Source: an uncultured Candidatus Saccharibacteria bacterium (GTDB taxonomy: Bacteria > Patescibacteriota > Minisyncoccia > Phycocordibacterales > Phycocordibacteraceae). Taken from it: a stretch of 64,000 nt of DNA. The notes under the pieces were generated by a model that was not told the origin of the DNA, did not search any database, and worked only from the letters and a program-made list of their open reading frames with translations. Both the position numbers and the translations under genes were made by a program. This document shows, piece after piece, positions 1-8,072 of this stretch. The DNA is taken from the NCBI GenBank assembly GCA_964652615.1, contig CAZZAT010000002.1:7296-71295 (forward strand). Reading direction: 5' to 3'. The first letter of the stretch is position 1. Every line of letters starts with the position of its first letter.

Positions 1-471
1 GCGCACATCCGCACCCTCATCCTTACCTTGTTCTATCGCCACTTCCGCGCTGTCATCGATGGCGGCTTCGTATACATCGCACAGCCGCCCCTCTACAAGA
101 TTAAGCGCGGCAAAGAAGTGCACTATGCATACACGGACGAGGAGAAGTTTAAGATAGTAGGGAAAGATGCAGAGATAGAAACAGGAGAAGGAGAGGAGCC
201 GGAGGAGGAAGAGGAGGGTGCAGAAGAGGATACAAAGAAAAAGACCGCGTCCAAGAAGTTCTCCATTCAGCGCTATAAAGGTCTTGGAGAAATGAATGCG
301 TCAGAATTGTGGGAGACCACCATGGATCCAAAAGCACGTGTCTTGAAGCAGGTAGAAGTGGAGGATGCCGCCGAAGCAGATCGCATCTTTGATGTGCTTA
401 TGGGTACCGACGTTGCTTCGCGCAAGTCATTTATTCAATCAAACGCAAAGCTTGCGAATCTGGACGTGTAA
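1..471 (+). CDS. gyrB: DNA gyrase subunit B, C-terminal fragment (5' end outside window)
   Basis: The frame is open from nt 1 (AHIRTLILTLFYRHF...). It carries the conserved GyrB C-terminal motifs PLYKIKRGK, YKGLGEMN, LWETTMDP and DAAEAD, and includes an acidic insert. Confidence 0.9.
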   Translation, partial: AHIRTLILTLFYRHFRAVIDGGFVYIAQPPLYKIKRGKEVHYAYTDEEKFKIVGKDAEIETGEGEEPEEEEEGAEEDTKKKTASKKFSIQRYKGLGEMNASELWETTMDPKARVLKQVEVEDAAEADRIFDVLMGTDVASRKSFIQSNAKLANLDV

Positions 472-481
472 CATGACGAGC

Positions 482-512
482 CCCTCTTGCGAGGGGCTCT
501 GGGTTTTTAGGG
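482..512 (+). terminator. Intrinsic terminator downstream of gyrB
   Basis: Hairpin agcccctc-ttgc-gaggggct followed by ctgggttttt. Confidence 0.6.
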
Positions 513-629
513 CGTGCCGTGCGAGAAGGCGATCATGAAGGCAGCAATGCCTCCTGCAATTCCGACGTACAACACGGCGCGAGCGATGTGGCCGAGAAGC
601 GTGAGTTTCCCGTCTTTCGTCACAAGCAT
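507..629 (-). CDS. Small hydrophobic peptide (40 aa; MLVTKDGKLTLLGHIARAVLYVGIAGGIAAFMIAFSHGTP), absent from the ORF track because it is under 60 aa
   Basis: An ATG is preceded by AGGGAG at 6-7 nt spacing, with its own promoter-like element upstream and the stop inside a hairpin. The product has a single predicted TM helix. Confidence 0.3.
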   Translation of the reverse strand: MLVTKDGKLTLLGHIARAVLYVGIAGGIAAFMIAFSHGTP

Positions 630-655
630 AGGTTTCTCCCTGTTACCTGAATTTA

Positions 656-683
656 ATGATATCATAAATGAATATAAAGTCAA
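656..683 (-). promoter_or_regulatory. Putative sigma70-like promoter for the small ORF at 507-629
   Basis: On the minus strand, TTGACT (plus 678-683), a 16-nt spacer, then TATCAT (plus 656-661). Confidence 0.3.
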
Positions 684-720
684 GAAGAAACCGCCTCGGG
701 TATTCCGAGGCGGTTTCTTC
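684..720 (-). terminator. Strong hairpin (16-bp perfect stem) immediately downstream of the CARDB gene
   Basis: gaagaaaccgcctcgg-gtatt-ccgaggcggtttcttc, a perfect inverted repeat; on the minus strand it is followed by a T-rich stretch. Confidence 0.55.
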
Positions 721-729
721 GTTCTCCCG

Positions 730-1464
730 TTAGTCTATCTCAAGCTCGATAGAGCGGTCGTTGTTTCGCTCGTTAGACTCATCAACGCGGTCGTCGTAGT
801 CGACTTCAATGTCGATATCAATATCGCGATTCTCGCGAGGGTCTTCGATGCGAAGCGTGAAGTTCTGGTAGCCGTTTGGCATAAGGTAGCCGCCGTTGCC
901 GCGCACCGTATCCTCGCCCGTTACCTCTACCTGAACGCGCCAGCCGCTTGCGGCGTTGGTGCCAATGTTCTTTACGGTAAAGCGGACAGCGCCATCGCGG
1001 TTTGAAGGAACGGTATCATCTTCAACAAACGTCGAACCGCGGAAATAGCCTGCCTCAAGATCTGTTATGACAAGATCAGCGCGTCCGTAGAGTTCAGGTG
1101 TCTGCGGGTAATACACCGGAGTCTGGGGGTAATAGACTGGTGGGTTTGGAGAAACAGCAACGGGAGGCGTCACAACTTGTGGGCCACCTGTCTGTGGGGT
1201 GGAAGGAGTTTCTGGTGCAGGAGCCTCTTCCTCCTCTTCGACAGGAGCAGCAGGGGCCTCTTCCTCTTCAGGATTTTCCTCGTTGTCAGAAGAGAGAATA
1301 ACTGCAGAAGAAAGACGTGAAAGGGTTTCTGGAACGTAGCGTGCTGCGTAGATAGCAAGAAAGATGCCCGCTATGATGAGCGCGCCAAAACCAACGATAG
1401 CGAGGCCGTTTACGGCCGCTTTCTTCGTTTCTTCAGAGTTTGCCATACCAAAGGAGCGTACCAC
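730..1464 (-). CDS. Membrane-anchored CARDB-domain protein
   Basis: An N-terminal TM helix, a Pro/Glu-rich linker (PVYYPQTP repeats) and a C-terminal CARDB-like beta-sandwich (DLVITDLE...VKNIGTNAASG...ESNERNND). Confidence 0.7.
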   Translation of the reverse strand: MVRSFGMANSEETKKAAVNGLAIVGFGALIIAGIFLAIYAARYVPETLSRLSSAVILSSDNEENPEEEEAPAAPVEEEEEAPAPETPSTPQTGGPQVVTPPVAVSPNPPVYYPQTPVYYPQTPELYGRADLVITDLEAGYFRGSTFVEDDTVPSNRDGAVRFTVKNIGTNAASGWRVQVEVTGEDTVRGNGGYLMPNGYQNFTLRIEDPRENRDIDIDIEVDYDDRVDESNERNNDRSIELEID

Positions 1465-1534
1465 TGCAAGAGATACTTGTCAATAGCTACGAGAAAGCAG
1501 GGAGAGATGCTCTTGTGCTAGAGTAAAAAGCATC

Positions 1535-2185
1535 ATGGCTGAACAGAAGGGGTCAACTGCCTTTGAAAATGTCCTTCGCCGCAAGTGGAGCTTCCTTGCG
1601 CTCTTCACGCTTGTCTATTTCATCTCACTTTCTACACTTGCAGGCTTTGGCCTTGCGCCGTGGTCTTCAGAGCCTCCTTCATTTGTACCAAGCGAAGGGG
1701 AGACAGTAGTGGAGGGAAGTAATCCCATTGCGGTAGCACAGGGAGAATTGCCGCTTCGCATCGAGATACCAAAACTCGGCATTCGAACGACAGTTTCAAA
1801 CCCAACCTCTGCAGCTATCTCTGTCCTTGATGCTGAACTCACCAAAGGCGCTGTGCGCTATCCAGGTTCCGGTACTCCAGGGGAAGCAGGTAACGTCCTT
1901 ATTTTCGGCCACTCAAGCCAGCTGCCTGTGGTGCAGAATCAGGCGTACAAAGCATTCAACGACATCCAGAAACTGAACGCCGGAGATGTGATTTTTGTAC
2001 TTGGCGAAGAGCACGCCTACGTGTATGCGGTTGAGAGCGTGTCAGAAGCAAACACCGCATCAGACGCAGTGCCGCTTGCGGTCGATGGCGCAAAGCTTAC
2101 TCTTGCTACCTGCAATAACTTCGGCTCAAAAGAGGATAGATTTATCGTCGTTGCGAACTTGGTGAAGGTGGATGTGTTGCCGTAA
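1535..2185 (+). CDS. Sortase family transpeptidase
   Basis: An N-terminal TM anchor, a His-containing LIFGHS motif, the catalytic TLATC motif (sortase TLxTC) and the downstream conserved Arg. Divergent from the CARDB gene. Confidence 0.8.
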   Translation: MAEQKGSTAFENVLRRKWSFLALFTLVYFISLSTLAGFGLAPWSSEPPSFVPSEGETVVEGSNPIAVAQGELPLRIEIPKLGIRTTVSNPTSAAISVLDAELTKGAVRYPGSGTPGEAGNVLIFGHSSQLPVVQNQAYKAFNDIQKLNAGDVIFVLGEEHAYVYAVESVSEANTASDAVPLAVDGAKLTLATCNNFGSKEDRFIVVANLVKVDVLP

Positions 2186-2210
2186 AGATTTTTAGTAGAG
2201 GAGAGAATAC

Positions 2211-2237
2211 GCTTCTTTACAAGAAGCCGTTTTTCTT
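2211..2237 (+). terminator. Weak hairpin plus T-tract after the sortase gene
   Basis: gcttctt-tac-aagaagc followed by cgtttttctt. Confidence 0.35.
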
Positions 2238-2290
2238 ATACTGTCCAGTCGGAATCCTTCAACACTTCAACCTCGGAAAGGAGGACTCTA

Positions 2291-2995
2291 ATGAAGGATA
2301 GTGAACAAAACCAGAAGCTTTCTGGGTGGGTGAAGTTGAGTATCGGCATTGTTCTGGCACTCCTTTTTGGTGTTTCGTTCCAACTCGATCCTTTTGGAAC
2401 TGGAAACGGTCCAGAGGCACGAGTTGGAGGCATTCTTCCACAAATTCGTATTTGGATGGAAGAGCGCGAAACAGCAGAAAAAGAAAAACAGGAACGTGTT
2501 GAGCGAGACGTTGCTGAGGTTGTTGAGCCGGAGGCAAAAGCTACGCCACGCCCAAATCGAGCACGACGTGTTTCCACACAAAGAGAGCCGACACTACATG
2601 TCTTAAATGGGACATATGGCGACTTTGAAGCGACAGGCACGTTTGCCGATATAGGCACACACCGGCTCGCTCCTGGTTCACACGTATCAACTTCCATATA
2701 TCTGCCTTCGAGAAATGGAGTTGGGTCTGTTTCGATAGATTTTGGCCCGCGCAGAGTGGACGCAACTGGTATTTTCCATGCGAAACTGCCACGATACGTC
2801 CGAAATCTGCGAACGGGAGACTTCATCGATCTTGCTTCACGTCGCTATAGGCTTGTCATTTCAACTGATGACGAGAGATATCGAGGCTGTGGTGCTCGTT
2901 ACAACATTCTCGAGGAAGGCGACTCTACAGGCTGGTTTTATGGAGCAGACAGAATATTTTGTGCAAGAAATGAAGGGGTCCCCGACCTCTACTGA
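2291..2995 (+). CDS. Hypothetical membrane-anchored extracytoplasmic protein
   Basis: A strong SD (AAAGGAGG) and an N-terminal TM helix; no recognisable domain. Confidence 0.6.
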   Translation: MKDSEQNQKLSGWVKLSIGIVLALLFGVSFQLDPFGTGNGPEARVGGILPQIRIWMEERETAEKEKQERVERDVAEVVEPEAKATPRPNRARRVSTQREPTLHVLNGTYGDFEATGTFADIGTHRLAPGSHVSTSIYLPSRNGVGSVSIDFGPRRVDATGIFHAKLPRYVRNLRTGDFIDLASRRYRLVISTDDERYRGCGARYNILEEGDSTGWFYGADRIFCARNEGVPDLY

Positions 2996-2997
2996 AA

Positions 2998-3030
2998 CCT
3001 CCGGCGCATACGCGCCGGAGGATTTTCTAT
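2998..3030 (+). terminator. Intrinsic terminator
   Basis: cctccggcgc-atac-gcgccggagg followed by attttctat. Confidence 0.7.
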
Positions 3031-3045
3031 AGGATCCCGTAAGTA

Positions 3046-3074
3046 TTGACAATCGGTCATTATTGGTGTAGTAT
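3046..3074 (+). promoter_or_regulatory. Putative promoter for the gene at 3111
   Basis: TTGACA, a 17-nt spacer, then TAGTAT. Confidence 0.4.
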
Positions 3075-3110
3075 ATTTTCACAGTCGTACCCAACATAAG
3101 GAGGGAAGAA

Positions 3111-3635
3111 ATGGCTGAAGGTTCTAATTCATCGTACGGTTCCAAGATCGTCGCCATCATTACGACAGGGTTGATTGTCGTCGGCCTTATCGCTGCACTC
3201 GGATGGTATGTTCTGCCATTCATGTACAACGAAAGGATTCCGTTTGAGTCCGAAGCGGAGACTTCTTCCGTGCAGACTGCAACAGAAGCTTCAACATCTC
3301 CTGTCGTTGTTGTGCAGGTACCTCAACCACCGCAAGCTACAGTGTCCGCTCGGCAAGAAGTCAGAACAGCCTTCGCAGGCAACTCTGGCAATGCTGCTGT
3401 AGAAATGCAGCTTGGTGAACACTTGGGGAGCGGCGAAGTGCGTGCGTCCGATGTCGGAATCGACGTAGCAGGAACCATCGTCGACACGGGAACCGGTTAC
3501 CGCCACTACGGTCAGCCGGTTCGCCGTCCCAATGGCACGGTCTGTCGATCTCTGCCGTCAGGAGAAAGACAATGCGTTCCGGGGGTTTGCACTGCAGACC
3601 CTCAGTCAGGCCGACAAGTGTGCCGACCGACGTGA
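3111..3635 (+). CDS. Hypothetical membrane-anchored protein with a Cys-rich C-terminus
   Basis: SD AAGGAGGG, an N-terminal TM helix, and a C-terminal region with 6 Cys (CRSLPSGERQCVPGVCTADPQSGRQVCRPT). Confidence 0.6.
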   Translation: MAEGSNSSYGSKIVAIITTGLIVVGLIAALGWYVLPFMYNERIPFESEAETSSVQTATEASTSPVVVVQVPQPPQATVSARQEVRTAFAGNSGNAAVEMQLGEHLGSGEVRASDVGIDVAGTIVDTGTGYRHYGQPVRRPNGTVCRSLPSGERQCVPGVCTADPQSGRQVCRPT

Positions 3636-3650
3636 AGACACCTTAACTAA

Positions 3651-3686
3651 GGGCCAGAACACACGACGTGTTCTGGCCCTTTCTGT
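3651..3686 (+). terminator. Intrinsic terminator (12-bp stem)
   Basis: gggccagaacac-acgac-gtgttctggccc followed by tttctgt. Confidence 0.65.
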
Positions 3687-3691
3687 ACCTC

Positions 3692-3720
3692 TTGACATAT
3701 GTTTGCTAATAGTTTACAAT
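3692..3720 (+). promoter_or_regulatory. Near-consensus sigma70-type promoter
   Basis: TTGACA (3692-3697), a 17-nt spacer, then TACAAT (3715-3720). It lies about 105 nt upstream of the 3826 start, with a hairpin-rich leader in between. Confidence 0.5.
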
Positions 3721-3825
3721 ACTCTTTGTGTGGGAAGCTGTTTGCTTAGGAACGAAACGAGGCGTTTCCCAAGCAGTCAGCTCTCCGCTGGGAGAGTGTG
3801 TACAACAGAATGAAAGGAGGGGGCG

Positions 3826-4704
3826 ATGCTGAAGAAGCTCACCCTTATTCTGCTTGCGTTCGCGGGGATTACTTCTGCGACGCTTGCACCGGCAAACGCC
3901 GAGATTACGTGGACGACATGGGGGGAAGCCCCGTACGCTTCGTCGTACGACGAAGCGGTCAGGCGCCTCCCTGACGCGCTGCGTACTCTGAACATTCCGG
4001 AGTCTGTAAGGACTCTCTTTCTGGAAGAGGTGCGCCGCAATCCGCAAGGAGCGCGTGTGTATCTGACGCCAGGAAACCGCTTCACAGCAATGATGTCGGG
4101 TGGGCGTGCTCCGCACGCAATGCAAGACGTTGTTGTTGGACGCAATCCGGTTCGCCGGGGGGCTGTCCAAGCGGCTGAGGCACGCGAGTGGCGTGTGGAA
4201 TATCAGGGCCAGATCTATATCTTGGTTTTGCCGGAAATCTGTTTTAACTGGGCGTGGCGTCAAGAACCACGTCCGCAGGAGATTCCTGTTGAAGAACCAT
4301 GTGCGGTCGTCACGCTGACGATTGAGCAGGGACGAGGACAACTGCTTTTCGGCGGTCTCTCGCCCACAGCGTCGCCCCCGTCACGTTGTTTTGCTGTGAA
4401 GCAAGGCAGTGGTGAATGGGAAGCGCTTCCAGGCGGATGTATCGAATGCGTCCGCTGGCAACCGGTCTTAGCGAGACTTCCCGAATCTGCGGCTGCGGAC
4501 AGAAATGTCAGCATGCAAAGCAGAATCGTGATTCGCGCAACAACGGTACAAGTCAGAGTCCCGGTTTGGTTTGAATCCCACCACTTGGGTTTCTACTTGC
4601 TCGCGGAAGATGGCTTGTGTAGTTGGCTCGTTGTACAACCAACGGACTGGCGCTCGCATGCGTTCAGCTTCAGAGATTGGAGATGGCGGCCGCGAGGCCA
4701 CTAA
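3826..4704 (+). CDS. Secreted hypothetical protein
   Basis: SD AAAGGAGGGGG and a cleavable-looking signal peptide (MLKKLTLILLAFAGITSATLAPANA); no known domain recognised. Confidence 0.6.
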   Translation: MLKKLTLILLAFAGITSATLAPANAEITWTTWGEAPYASSYDEAVRRLPDALRTLNIPESVRTLFLEEVRRNPQGARVYLTPGNRFTAMMSGGRAPHAMQDVVVGRNPVRRGAVQAAEAREWRVEYQGQIYILVLPEICFNWAWRQEPRPQEIPVEEPCAVVTLTIEQGRGQLLFGGLSPTASPPSRCFAVKQGSGEWEALPGGCIECVRWQPVLARLPESAAADRNVSMQSRIVIRATTVQVRVPVWFESHHLGFYLLAEDGLCSWLVVQPTDWRSHAFSFRDWRWRPRGH

Positions 4705-4801
4705 ATCCCGTGTGGGACGACAGCGCATGCTGCTGTCGTCCCCCACGCTCTTTTTTGTACGGGCGTCCATTAATAGTAGTCGCACCGTTTATTAAAAAAT
4801 T

Positions 4802-6133
4802 ATGAACACCATTACTACCACTATGAAAAGTCCAATACTCGGCTATTCCGGTCTCTTTGGCATGCTTGTAGCGCTTGCGCTTGGCGTAGCGTTTGCTTTC
4901 GCGTCCGGTCTTGCAACCCCGCAACCTGCAAACGCGTACATCGCCGACTACGGTGATTGTTACGATTGTGGCGGATGGGAACAGGGCTACGACACGTACA
5001 TCCCGTACGACGACTATGGTTACGGATGGGAACAGGGCTACGACACGTACATCCCGTACGATGATTATGGCTACTATTGGGAGCAGGGATACGACACCTA
5101 CATTCCGTACGATGATTACGGGTACGACTACTACGACTACGGGTATTACGATGATTCGTACTACTACGACTACACCGACTACTACGCGTACGACTACTAT
5201 GACTACGGGTACTACGATTCGTACGACTACGACTGGTACTACGACTACGACTATGATTACGGCTGCTACAGCGGCTGCAATCCGCCCACCTTCGACTATT
5301 GTTCGAACATCCCAGGCAACCAGCCTGCAGGCTACAACTGCTACCCAGACAACGGCTGCCATAACCACTGCAACCCTCCGCACGACGAGTGTTCCAACAT
5401 TCCTGGCAACCAGCCTGATGGCTATGACTGCTACCCTGACCACGACACGGAACCCGTTTGTACGCTCTCTGCTGACGATAAGAACCTAGAGGAAGGGGAC
5501 TCAACAAAGCTTCGCTGGACGAGCGATAATGCAACGTCTGCAAGCCTTACCTCTTTCGGTTCTGTATCAACGGACGGCACTAAAACCGTATCGCCAACGT
5601 CTGATAAGACGTACACCCTTACGGTGCGCGACAATGATGGCGACACTGATACGTGTTCTGTAACCATTCGTGTCGAGGAAGAGGATGAAGATGAGGAGGA
5701 ACCATGGTGCCGCCTCACCGCATCTGACTCTCGTGTTGATGAAGGCGATCGCATTACCCTTGAATGGGATACGCGAAACGCAGACTACGCTTCTATCAAT
5801 CAGGGCATTGGCCGTGTTGATGAAGATGGCGGCGAAGAGCGCTTCACTATGGATGATGACGACATCACCTTCCGCATGACGGTTCGCAATAGCGACGGCG
5901 ACGAGGATACGTGTTCAACCACGGTTCGCGTTGACGAAGAGAACGATTTCTCTTCAGTCTCGTTCGAAGGTGAGCCGGTAAACAACCCTCCTGTGGTGTA
6001 CCTCTCGTCGCTGCCATACACGGGTATCGAAGACCTTTCACCTTCTATGATTGGCTTCCTCGCAACCCTTCTTGCCCTTATGGGTATGGGCGGCTACTAC
6101 TTCTTCGTGAAGCGTAAGCAGGTTATTGCCTAA
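4802..6133 (+). CDS. LPxTG-type cell-wall-anchored surface protein with a Tyr/Asp-rich repeat region
   Basis: A signal peptide; three tandem 17-aa repeats (GWEQGYDTYIPYDDYGY) followed by a long Y/D low-complexity tract; two Cys repeats (CNPPxxDxCSNIPGNQPxGYxCYPD); two approximately 80-aa Ig-like repeats; and a C-terminal LPYTG sorting signal with a hydrophobic segment and a KRK tail. Confidence 0.75.
   Translation: MNTITTTMKSPILGYSGLFGMLVALALGVAFAFASGLATPQPANAYIADYGDCYDCGGWEQGYDTYIPYDDYGYGWEQGYDTYIPYDDYGYYWEQGYDTYIPYDDYGYDYYDYGYYDDSYYYDYTDYYAYDYYDYGYYDSYDYDWYYDYDYDYGCYSGCNPPTFDYCSNIPGNQPAGYNCYPDNGCHNHCNPPHDECSNIPGNQPDGYDCYPDHDTEPVCTLSADDKNLEEGDSTKLRWTSDNATSASLTSFGSVSTDGTKTVSPTSDKTYTLTVRDNDGDTDTCSVTIRVEEEDEDEEEPWCRLTASDSRVDEGDRITLEWDTRNADYASINQGIGRVDEDGGEERFTMDDDDITFRMTVRNSDGDEDTCSTTVRVDEENDFSSVSFEGEPVNNPPVVYLSSLPYTGIEDLSPSMIGFLATLLALMGMGGYYFFVKRKQVIA
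4973..5125 (+). repeat. Three tandem 51-nt repeats inside the surface-protein gene
   Basis: Units at 4973-5023, 5024-5074 and 5075-5125 are near-identical (ggatgggaacagggctacgacacgtacatcccgtacga...). Confidence 0.85.
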
Positions 6134-6147
6134 CAAGCACACTAAAG

Positions 6148-6182
6148 AAAACCCCGAAGCAATACGCTTCGGGGTTTTCTTT
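6148..6182 (+). terminator. Intrinsic terminator after the surface-protein gene
   Basis: aaaaccccgaagc-aatac-gcttcggggtttt followed by cttttgg. Confidence 0.7.
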
Positions 6183-6197
6183 TGGTACACTCTACAC

Positions 6198-6488
6198 ATG
6201 GATACCCAAACGCTCCTCTACTACGGCGCCCTCGCTCTCTGGAGTGCCTTTATTGCCTATACGATTCTCTTCTCCTTCCGAAAGCAACAGAAGGAGACCG
6301 TACAAGCGCCCCCTCCTGCACTAGCGCCTGTTTCTTATGACGTACCGCGCAGCGTACCTTCTGTATATGAACCCACCCCCATCCCCGAGCATGCACGAGC
6401 ACTTGCTACTGATGGCTTTCGAGCCTTTCAGACAGGAGATGAACTCACCGTCGAAGATATTGTAAAGGGGCTTTCAAGAAACGAATAA
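6198..6488 (+). CDS. Small membrane protein (hypothetical)
   Basis: Begins MDTQTLLYYGALALWSAFIAYTILF downstream of the terminator; the listed ORF start at 6126 would run through the terminator. One TM helix and a Pro-rich tail. Confidence 0.45.
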   Translation: MDTQTLLYYGALALWSAFIAYTILFSFRKQQKETVQAPPPALAPVSYDVPRSVPSVYEPTPIPEHARALATDGFRAFQTGDELTVEDIVKGLSRNE

Positions 6489-6513
6489 ATCTCCCTTAGG
6501 GGAGATTTATTTC
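6487..6513. terminator. Bidirectional hairpin terminator
   Basis: aaatctccc-ttag-gggagattt, with A-tract and T-tract flanks. Confidence 0.6.
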
Positions 6514-6538
6514 CGCACAATTCTACACTTTTCCTAGT

Positions 6539-6754
6539 TTAGGAGAGCACATCAAGAGTGGCGTGGTTGTCTCGGCGAGATTTCAAGGCAATCTTGTGTT
6601 CACCCTCGGCATCGGCGTATGTGTATACCTTACCTTCCTCACCGTACATTTCAACGCGTCTCTTGAAAGTCTCGAGGTCGGGGATGTTGGAGTCTGCTCC
6701 CTCGGCAGTTACAAGGATTCCGGGGACATAATCTGGCTTTCCTTCAAATGGCAT
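6539..6754 (-). CDS. Hypothetical small acidic protein (71 aa)
   Basis: An ORF downstream of thrS on the same strand; weak SD; no domain recognised. Confidence 0.3.
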   Translation of the reverse strand: MPFEGKPDYVPGILVTAEGADSNIPDLETFKRRVEMYGEEGKVYTYADAEGEHKIALKSRRDNHATLDVLS

Positions 6755-6802
6755 GTGATATTAGGTTATTCCAATAACTGCACCTAATAAATCGTACTAT
6801 TT

Positions 6803-8062
6803 TTACTTGTGAGTGGTCTTACGGCTGTGTACATGTTCTAAGAACACATCAACGGTCATAGCGTCAAGTTTTCCTTCGTCGCGTCCCTCAACCGAAACCG
6901 TCTTCGCTTCAACTTCTGCATCTCCAACCACAAGGAGGTAGGGAACCTTCTCTTCTTTGCCGCTTCTAATCTTTTTTCCAAGCGATTCGTTTGAAGCATC
7001 ACACTCTACGCGTATATCCTTAGCGCGAAGCGTGTCTGCAACTTCTTTTGCATATGCAAGGTGTTTTTCAGAAACGGGAAGCACCTTTGCTTGTACTGGA
7101 GAGAGCCAGAGCGGAAATGCGCCTTTGTATTTCTCGATAAGGAAGGCCATAGTCCGCTCAATCGAGCCGATAGAGGAGCGGTGCACGACGAAAGTACGAT
7201 GCTCCTTGCCGTCCTCGCCTATGTACGAGAGATTGAACTTCACCGGAGAAGAGAGGTCGTACTGCACGGTAAACGCAGTATCTTCCTTGCCGTTGACGTT
7301 CTTCATCTGAATATCAATCTTGGGGCCATAGAAAGCGGCCTCGTCTTTTTCTTCAACGAACGCAACGCCGCGCTTGTGCATTGCTTCGCGAAGCAGTGTT
7401 TCGGCCTTCTCCCAGCCAGCATCATCCTTGAAGTACTTCTCGGTATTCGCGCGATCTCCAAGCGACAAACGATACGAATAGTCCTCGCCCATCTTGAGCC
7501 CGAGGACGCCGTTTGCGTATTCAATAAGATCGAGCGCCTTGTGTATCTCTTCAATAGCCTGCTCCTCGGAAGCGCAAATAATATGTGCGTCTGAAAGACA
7601 GAAACTGCGGACTCTTTGAAGGCCCATTAATTCTCCCGACTGCTCGTAGCGGTACAGCTTTGCAAGTTCTGCATAGCGGATAGGGAGTTCGCGGTAGCTG
7701 TGCGGCTCGCGAAGATAGAGTTCGAAGTGGTGCGGGCACGTCATCGGACGGAGCATGAACTGCTCGTCTTCGTCGGTGATAGGCGCGTACATCGAATCTT
7801 TGTAGTGCGGGTAGTGGCCTGACTTCTCATAGAGTCCAAGCTTCGCCATGTCCGGCGTAATCACATGCTGATATCCGCGGCGTATCTCCTCATCGACGAT
7901 AAAGCGCTCAAGCTCGCGGCGTATTGTTGCACCCTTTGGCGTAAAAAGCGGCAAGCCTTTGCCGACAACATCCGAGAAGGCAAAGAGGTCGAGCTCCTTG
8001 CCAAGCCTCTTATGGTCATTCTCCTTTCCTTGGTTAGGTTCCATACCAGTCGAGAATAACAC
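6803..8062 (-). CDS. thrS: Threonyl-tRNA synthetase, minimal form (catalytic core plus anticodon-binding domain; no N-terminal TGS or editing domains)
   Basis: Class II aaRS motifs (HKRLGKELDLF, PMTCPHH, FVVHRSSIGSIER) and a C-terminal anticodon-binding domain; only 419 aa. Confidence 0.9.
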   Translation of the reverse strand: MLFSTGMEPNQGKENDHKRLGKELDLFAFSDVVGKGLPLFTPKGATIRRELERFIVDEEIRRGYQHVITPDMAKLGLYEKSGHYPHYKDSMYAPITDEDEQFMLRPMTCPHHFELYLREPHSYRELPIRYAELAKLYRYEQSGELMGLQRVRSFCLSDAHIICASEEQAIEEIHKALDLIEYANGVLGLKMGEDYSYRLSLGDRANTEKYFKDDAGWEKAETLLREAMHKRGVAFVEEKDEAAFYGPKIDIQMKNVNGKEDTAFTVQYDLSSPVKFNLSYIGEDGKEHRTFVVHRSSIGSIERTMAFLIEKYKGAFPLWLSPVQAKVLPVSEKHLAYAKEVADTLRAKDIRVECDASNESLGKKIRSGKEEKVPYLLVVGDAEVEAKTVSVEGRDEGKLDAMTVDVFLEHVHSRKTTHK

Positions 8063-8072
8063 ACAACGCGCT

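Noticed and set aside
514-1005. 163-aa plus-strand ORF
   Set aside because: It lies antisense to the well-supported CARDB-domain gene and terminator. It has an odd composition, no SD, and runs through a 16-bp hairpin.
4670-5489. Long ORFs 4670-5443 (minus) and 4893-5489 (plus) with V/R/T-rich translations
   Set aside because: They are alternative-frame artefacts of the Tyr/Asp codon repeats (tac/gac) in the surface-protein gene. The low-complexity translations have no starts with an SD.
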